From Actinomycetes bacterium (GTDB lineage Bacteria > Actinomycetota > Actinomycetes > Propionibacteriales > Propionibacteriaceae), in NCBI GenBank assembly GCA_021781735.1, contig JAJXWF010000001.1:3403-67402 (forward strand): a DNA stretch of 64,000 bases, given 5' to 3'. Below, piece after piece: positions 56,922 through 64,000 of this stretch (positions are counted from its first letter, which is position 1; each line of letters begins with the position of its first letter). A program made the position numbers and the translations under genes. The notes under the pieces are model-generated. The model was given only the letters and a program-made list of their open reading frames with translations, had not been told where the DNA came from and did no database searches.

Positions 56922-57959
56922 ATGGGTGACCGCAAGAGGGCGGGGAGCAAACGTGTGACCATGAAGGATGTCGCGCGGCTGGCGGGGGTGTCTCAGCCCA
57001 CGGTCTCGTTCGTCCTTAACGATCGTCGCGACGTGTCCGTCGCGACGGCGACCCGGGAGCGGGTCCTCGCGGCCGCGAGGACGCTGGAGTTCCAGCCCAA
57101 CCGGGCGGCCCAGTCGCTGCGCTCGAACAAGTCGTTCACCATCGGTGTCATCGCCGAGGGCGTCGTCTCCGAGCCATACGCCGGCAAGATCGTCCTCGGC
57201 GTCCAGCAGGCCGTGCAGGCCTCCGGCTACGTGTGCTTCGTGGTCGAGACCTCGAACACACGGGACTCCGGGAAGGCAGCGGTCGAGAACCTCGTGAAAC
57301 AGGGGGTGGCGGGTCTCATCTACGCCACCCCCGGAGCCTTCCCCGTACGGGCAGCGAACATCGCTGAGGACACGCCGACCGTCTTCGTCAACTGCTGGCC
57401 CACCAACCTCGACGACGCGGTGGTGGTGCTCGCCGATGAATATCGGGGGGGGCGAGATGCGGCGGCGGCCACCTTCGCGGCCGGCCACCGGCACGTCGCG
57501 TTCCTGGGGGGTCCATGGGGTGACTATGCGTGCCGGGAGCGTGAGCGCGGGATGGTCGACGCCGCGATCGAAGCCGGCATCGACCCCGCCACGATCCGTC
57601 GCGAGTACGGCACCTACCAGGTCTCCTCGGGACATGACCTCGCCCTCGCGGTGCTCGCGGACGAGACCCCGACCGCGCTCATCTGCGGCAACGACCGGAT
57701 GGCGGTCGGGGCGCTGCTCGCGGTCCACTCGGCGAGGCTCGAGTGCCCGGCCGATATCAGCATCGTCGGCTTCGACGACCAACCAGACCTGGCCGACCAG
57801 CTGAGCCCGCCGCTCACCACCGTCGCACTCCCCCACCTTGAAATGGGGCAGATGGCCGGCACCCTGCTGCTGGGCGAGCAGCAGTCGAGGGGCCGGCACC
57901 TGGTGCCCTGCCACTACATCGAGCGTGGCTCGCTGGCCGCCCCCCGCAGCGCAGGATAG
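56922..57959 (+). CDS. LacI-family transcriptional regulator
   Basis: HTH MKDVARLAGVSQPTVSFVLN plus a periplasmic-binding-protein-like domain. ATG at 56922 has a GGAGG ribosome-binding site; alternative starts lie at 56952 and 56961. Confidence 0.85.
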   Translation: MGDRKRAGSKRVTMKDVARLAGVSQPTVSFVLNDRRDVSVATATRERVLAAARTLEFQPNRAAQSLRSNKSFTIGVIAEGVVSEPYAGKIVLGVQQAVQASGYVCFVVETSNTRDSGKAAVENLVKQGVAGLIYATPGAFPVRAANIAEDTPTVFVNCWPTNLDDAVVVLADEYRGGRDAAAATFAAGHRHVAFLGGPWGDYACRERERGMVDAAIEAGIDPATIRREYGTYQVSSGHDLALAVLADETPTALICGNDRMAVGALLAVHSARLECPADISIVGFDDQPDLADQLSPPLTTVALPHLEMGQMAGTLLLGEQQSRGRHLVPCHYIERGSLAAPRSAG

Positions 57960-57961
57960 CG

Positions 57962-59465
57962 ATGAGTGTCCCCACCACCCACTGCCGGCCCGCCGGCGCC
58001 CATGGGGGCGATGTCATGCCGTTCGTCCATGGCGGCCAGGTGTGGCTGTTCTATCTGCTCGAGGCGCGGTGCGGGCTCCCGCGGGAACAGCGGGCGACCG
58101 GCATGCCGTGGGCCGCCGCGACCCCACGATGTCGCCCGATTCGTTGACGAGAGGGTCGTGCTGCCCTCTGGAGGGCGGGAGGCGGCCGACTTCGATTGCT
58201 GCAGAGGCAGTGTCGTGGCCGACGACGAGGGCGTCCTCCACCTCTTCAACACAGGGCACAACCCCGACATGCGGACGCCGGACGGCGACCTCCAGGTGGT
58301 GTGCCACGCCACATCGAACGCCGGCCCGGGGTCCTGGGTGAAGCATCCTGAGTGGACATTCGGCGCGCTCGACGGGTGCGCGCCCGAGGATTGGCGCGAC
58401 CAGTTCGTGTTCTGCGCCTCCCCCGGCGAACCCTGGCAGATGCTGCTCGCCGCCCACCGGCCGGGCCGCTCGCCTCGCAGATCGGGCGTGGTGGCGAGGC
58501 TCGTCTGGGATGACCTCGTGCTGGCGCGACGCCCAGCCGTTGTGGGATCCGCACCGGTTCAGAACCCAGGAGTGCCCCGACCTGTTCCGGTGGGGATGCT
58601 GGTGGTACCTCGTCCATTCGGAGTTCTCCGACTCGTTCCAGACCTGCTACCGGATCGCCGAATGCCCGGACGGACCGTGGCGAGCCCCCCGGCCCGACAC
58701 GATCGACGCCCGGACCTTCTACCCGGCTAAGAGCGTCGAGGCCGTCGGCGGGCGGTACTCCATCGGCTGGATCGCCGGCAAACAGAGCGAGCGCGACGAC
58801 GGCGCCTGGCGGTGGGGGCCGGCGACATGGCCGTGCTGCAAGCCCACCAGCGTCCCGATGGGACCCTCGGATTCGGCCTGCCCGATGGCGTCCCCGCGCT
58901 CTACTCGCGGGCCGAGCCCTCGGCCAGGTTCGCCCCGGTCGACGATGCCGACCCTCCCCCCGGCGCCGGAGCCGACGACCGGTACTCGGCCTGAGTCAGG
59001 TCCATGCTCCCCGCGGAGGCCCTGGTCAGGGTCGACTTCACGATCCGGCCGGGGACGCAGTCGCGTGGGGTCCCGCTCCGCGCATCCGACGACTCCGAGG
59101 ACGACTACTCCCTGCGGCTCGAGCCGGTGTGGAACCGGCTCATCCGGGATCGGTGGCCGCGCGGCAGAACGGGCGACGAACAGTGGCAGGTCAAGGGCGA
59201 CGTGCCACGCGCGGTGGAACTCGATGGCCCGGTCGACCTCCCGCCGGGACGGCATCGGCTCGAAACCCACCTCGACAACAGTCTGTGCGTGGCCCTCGGC
59301 GATGGCCGGGTGACCCTCAGCGCACGGCTCCACGACCGGCAAGCGGGTCGCGTCGGGCTCCTCGCCGTCGACGGCGGGGTCGATCTGGAGTCGTTCGACG
59401 TGGGACGCCGCGCCGAGGACCCCGGCGCCGGGCCTCCCGACGGCGACCTCGCGTCCAGCCCGTAG
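57962..59465 (+). pseudogene. GH32-family (clan GH-J) fructosidase-like gene disrupted by about 3 frameshifts and one in-frame stop
   Basis: Colinear pieces in different frames: HGGDVMPFVHGGQVWLFYLLE (57962 frame); DVARFVDERVV..VLHLFNTGHN..VVCHATS..WRDQFVF (RDP-like; 57966 frame); WRDAQPLWDP..QECPDLF (EC motif)..WWYLVHSEF (58510 frame); GDMAVLQAHQRPDGTLGF (58812 frame); a TGA at 58992-58994; then a C-terminal beta-sandwich part, VRVDFTIRPG..YSLRLEP..VCVALGDGRVTLSARL (59004 frame). Confidence 0.65.
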
Positions 59466-59535
59466 GCGGCGGCGATTGGGGCGACGAAGTCACGCCCACG
59501 ACCGGAGATGTCGACACGGCCGAGGCCGGAGACCC

Positions 59536-59633
59536 TCCACGACGTCGCGGGCCTCGCGTCGGGATGGCCCGGGCGCCAACCACCAGGCCTCCGCGCATCG
59601 GGCAGGCGCCACTGCCGCAACCCGGGCGTCGTC
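59536..59633. repeat. Left copy of the 98-bp direct repeat (target-site duplication) flanking the IS
   Basis: tccacgacgtcgcgggcctcgcg...caacccgggcgtcgtc is identical, 98 of 98 nt, to 61241-61338. Confidence 0.9.
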
Positions 59634-61240
59634 CTGACTCGTGCCATCTTCGGGGTTTTTGGGGCTGGTGGATGGGTTGGCTAGGGGGTTTGTCGTGGTT
59701 GGGGTGACTAATCGGTAGCCTTGGCCGGTGACGTCGTTCATCCGGAAGGTGCCCACCGGGTCGGGGGCGACGGCGGTGCAGATCGTGCATAAGCGTGGCC
59801 GGACGGTGACCGGGATCGAGCACATCGGCTCGGCTCATGACCAGGTGGAGCTGGAGGTGTTGTGGGAGGCGGCCCGGCAGCGGCTGCACGCCGGGCAGGA
59901 CATGCTCGACCTGCGCGAGGCCACTGAGACTGGTGGCCCGGTTGTGGCCGGCACTCGGAGCCGGCTGTTGTGGCAGGTGCTCGGCGATGCGTATGCCCGG
60001 CTGGGGTTCGACGTGCTCGGTGATGAGGCGTTCCGGGAGATGGTGCTGGCCCGGATCATCGAGCCGACGTCGAAGGCGGACACGATCCGGGTGCTGTCGG
60101 AGATCGGCATCGCCCCGGTGAGCCTGCGAACCCTGTTCCGGAGTCTTGGGCGTTGTCAGGAGCGGGACTACCGTGACCGGCTGTCGATGGCGGCGGCCGC
60201 CCACTCGGCTCGCACGAGTGGTTTGGCGGCGATGGTGATGTACGACACGACCACGCTGCATTTCGAGGTCGATGAGGAGGACGCCCTGCGTAGGGTGGGC
60301 CGGTCGAAGGAGCACCGGGTCGATCCTCAGGTCCAGGTCGGTCTGCTGGTCGACCCGTCCGGGTTCCCATTGGAGGTGCACCTGTTCGAGGGCAACACCG
60401 CCGAGACCACGAGCCTGATCCCGGTCCTCACCCGGTTCCAGCAGCGGCACGGGGTGAGCGGGATGGTGGTGGTCGCCGACGCCGGGATGCTGTCCGCATC
60501 CAATCTGAACGCCCTGGAGGACGCCGGGTTCTGGTTCATCGTCGGCTCCCGGATCACCAAGGCCCCCTACGACCTGGCCGACCACTTCGACCGGCACGGA
60601 GACCACTTCGCCGACGGGCAGATCCTCGAATCAACCCGGGTGATGGGAATCGGCGCGCAGGCCAGGTCACGCCGGATCGTCTATCAGTATTCGTTCAAGC
60701 GTCGGCAGCGTGACGATCGGGCGATCAACGCGCAGATCGCCCGCGCCGAGAAGATCACCACCGGCAAAGCGCCAGTCACCCGTACCCGGTTCTTGAAGAT
60801 CTCCGGGGCGGACAAGCAGCTCGACCAGACGACTATCGACCGGGCCCGCCAGTTGGCCGGACTGAAGGGCTACGTGTCGAACCTGCCCATCCAGTCCATG
60901 CCGGCCGACCGGTTGATCGGCGCGTATCACGACCTGTGGCAGGTCGAACGCTCGTTCCGGATGACCAAGTCCGACCTCAAGGCACGGCCGGTGTTCCACC
61001 ACCAGCGGGACGCGATCGAAGCGCACATCACCGTCGTGTTCGCCGCCCTCGCCGTCGCCCGACACCTCCAAGACCTGACCGGGATCAGCATCAAGAAACT
61101 CGTCCGGATCCTGCGCCCGCTCCGCGAGGTCGACATCACCATCCGTGGCCAGCAACTCACCGCCCAACCCGCCCTCACCGACGACGCTCGTCAGATCCTG
61201 GACCGCCTCCCACCGGGTGACTAAATTGGCACGACTCAGG
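59634..61240 (+). mobile_element. IS1634-family (IS4-like DDE) insertion sequence, 1607 bp
   Basis: Terminal inverted repeats (c)CTGACTCGTGCCA at the left end and TGGCACGACTCAGG at the right end (14 of 15 match), a single transposase ORF, and identical 98-bp direct repeats on both flanks. Confidence 0.85.
59728..61224 (+). CDS. IS1634-family DDE transposase
   Basis: 498 aa: MTSFIRKVPTGSGATAVQIVHKRGR (typical N-terminus), YDTTTLHFE, VVVADAGMLS, YHDLWQVERSFRMTKSDL (DDE/YREK-type region). Confidence 0.9.
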   Translation: MTSFIRKVPTGSGATAVQIVHKRGRTVTGIEHIGSAHDQVELEVLWEAARQRLHAGQDMLDLREATETGGPVVAGTRSRLLWQVLGDAYARLGFDVLGDEAFREMVLARIIEPTSKADTIRVLSEIGIAPVSLRTLFRSLGRCQERDYRDRLSMAAAAHSARTSGLAAMVMYDTTTLHFEVDEEDALRRVGRSKEHRVDPQVQVGLLVDPSGFPLEVHLFEGNTAETTSLIPVLTRFQQRHGVSGMVVVADAGMLSASNLNALEDAGFWFIVGSRITKAPYDLADHFDRHGDHFADGQILESTRVMGIGAQARSRRIVYQYSFKRRQRDDRAINAQIARAEKITTGKAPVTRTRFLKISGADKQLDQTTIDRARQLAGLKGYVSNLPIQSMPADRLIGAYHDLWQVERSFRMTKSDLKARPVFHHQRDAIEAHITVVFAALAVARHLQDLTGISIKKLVRILRPLREVDITIRGQQLTAQPALTDDARQILDRLPPGD

Positions 61241-61338
61241 TCCACGACGTCGCGGGCCTCGCGTCGGGATGGCCCGGGCGCCAACCACCAGGCCTCCGCG
61301 CATCGGGCAGGCGCCACTGCCGCAACCCGGGCGTCGTC
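61241..61338. repeat. Right copy of the 98-bp direct repeat
   Basis: Identical to 59536-59633. Confidence 0.9.
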
Positions 61339-61391
61339 ACCTCCCGCGAATCTCCATTGATCCGAGACGGCAGTCGTTGCCGCGCCCGAGG

Positions 61392-61952
61392 TCATTCGCC
61401 CGGGGTGACTCCGATGCGCTCCACCGCCCAGTGGCCGTTGCGCAACACCAAGGTGGTCAGGCTGCCCGTCGGAATCGCTAATCGGTGAGGATCAACCGAC
61501 AGATCCTCAAGCAGGATCCCGATGACGGCGTCGTGACTCACGAGGACCACCGTTCCCTCCGCGACCCCACCGTATGCGTCGAGGGCGCTCCGGGCGCGTG
61601 CCGCGACGCTCTCCCGGGATTCAATCCCCGGCACGGCATCGAGCATGCCGAAGTCCCGCAGCAGATCGTCGACCGCCGCACCGGCGAACTCCTGATAGTC
61701 CCGGTCGGCGAGCCGCTCGTCCACCTCCAGCGGGACGCCGGTCGCCGCGGCCACCGCCCGCGCCGTCTCCCGGGCCCGAGTGAGCGGGCTCGACACGATC
61801 CGAACAACCCTCGATCGCGCGAGACGGCCGGCCGCGGCCCACGCTTCTGCGACCCCGAGCTCGTCGAGCGGCGGGTTGAGCCTACCCCGAAGGCGTCCGT
61901 CGGCGTTCAACGCGGTGCGACCGTGACGGAGCAGGACGACGTGACCAGTCAT
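61392..61952 (-). CDS. Histidine phosphatase family protein (phosphoglycerate-mutase-like)
   Basis: VVLLRHGRTALN (RHG catalytic motif) and VLVSHDAVI (second His motif). Confidence 0.85.
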   Translation of the reverse strand: MTGHVVLLRHGRTALNADGRLRGRLNPPLDELGVAEAWAAAGRLARSRVVRIVSSPLTRARETARAVAAATGVPLEVDERLADRDYQEFAGAAVDDLLRDFGMLDAVPGIESRESVAARARSALDAYGGVAEGTVVLVSHDAVIGILLEDLSVDPHRLAIPTGSLTTLVLRNGHWAVERIGVTPGE

Positions 61953-62152
61953 GTTCTTGTCCTACGCCGTCGGTCGACCTGTGACAATACCGCGCACCGA
62001 CATCAGCAGGCGGGATGCGAGCGGGGGGATCCCGGGACAGGGAAAGCGGGACTACTGCGAGCCGGCCAACGGCCCTCACGGTGCCATGTGGACTCCCCGC
62101 GTGTCAGGGCCGCAATGCCGGGGAACGCCAACCACTCCCGGGGAACGCAAAA

Positions 62153-62190
62153 CACCCCTGGGTGGGATCGAGTGATCCCTCCCAGGGGTG
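62153..62190 (-). terminator. rRNA operon intrinsic terminator after 5S
   Basis: On the minus strand: CACCCCTGGGAGGGATC-actc-GATCCCACCCAGGGGTG followed by TTTTGCGTT. Confidence 0.8.
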
Positions 62191-62200
62191 TTTTGTGTAA

Positions 62201-62318
62201 GTTCGGCGACGTCCTACTCTCCCACAGGGTCCCCCCTGCAGTACCATCGGCGCTGAAAGGCTTAACTTCCGGGTTCGGAATGGGACCGGGTGTTTCCCTT
62301 TCGCCAGGGTCACCGAAA
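62201..62318 (-). rRNA. rrf: 5S ribosomal RNA
   Basis: The reverse complement reads GTTTCGGTGACCCTGGCGAAAGGGAAACACCCGGTCCCATTCCGAACCCGGAAGTTAAGCC..GCGCCGATGGTACTGCAGGGGG..GGGAGAGTAGGACGTCGCCGAAC, the canonical actinobacterial 5S sequence. Confidence 0.95.
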
Positions 62319-62424
62319 CACTATGGAAATATTCACGGGCCACCACCCAACACAGATGGTGTTCATGATGCCATGGTTCCCGATCGTATCCCGGGAACCA
62401 CACAGTGGACGCGTAACATCTTTG

Positions 62425-64000
<1,576 letters not shown>

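Overview
This is a high-GC Actinomycetota chromosomal segment made up almost entirely of core genes. Gene order matches the Mycobacterium Rv3585-Rv3628 region as I remember it: radA-disA, mutY, clpC1-lsr2, ftsH-folE-folP-folB/K-DUF3180, hpt-tilS, dacB-ppa. After that come central metabolism genes (fba, pyrE, an FGGY kinase, monomeric icd), clpB with an HspR-type operator, and two carbohydrate ABC uptake loci. One locus is ROK-regulated and ends in a cytoplasmic Cys-type sulfatase. The other is LacI-regulated and carries a GH32 fructosidase. The window ends with an IS1634-family insertion flanked by identical 98-bp direct repeats, a histidine phosphatase gene, and the 3' end of an rRNA operon on the minus strand (5S plus about 1.6 kb of 23S). 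I also found a TPP riboswitch in front of a ykoEDC-like ECF transporter operon, several hairpin terminators, and three genes with frame disruptions. I found no CRISPR array, prophage, defence island or tRNA. No clear multi-gene novel system is visible. The best second-look candidates are: (1) an orphan NuoD-like protein next to lsr2 in which both quinone-site residues appear replaced; (2) a P-loop kinase-like gene translationally coupled to the riboswitch-controlled ECF transporter; (3) a spacerless 21-bp tandem array ending in an inverted copy, downstream of lemA; (4) the ABC-transporter and cytoplasmic-sulfatase operon; and (5) the IS with its unusually long target duplication. All functional calls rest on reading the translations for motifs by eye. 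No database search was run. Most ORFs in the supplied track are off-frame or antisense shadows, which is typical of high-GC DNA.
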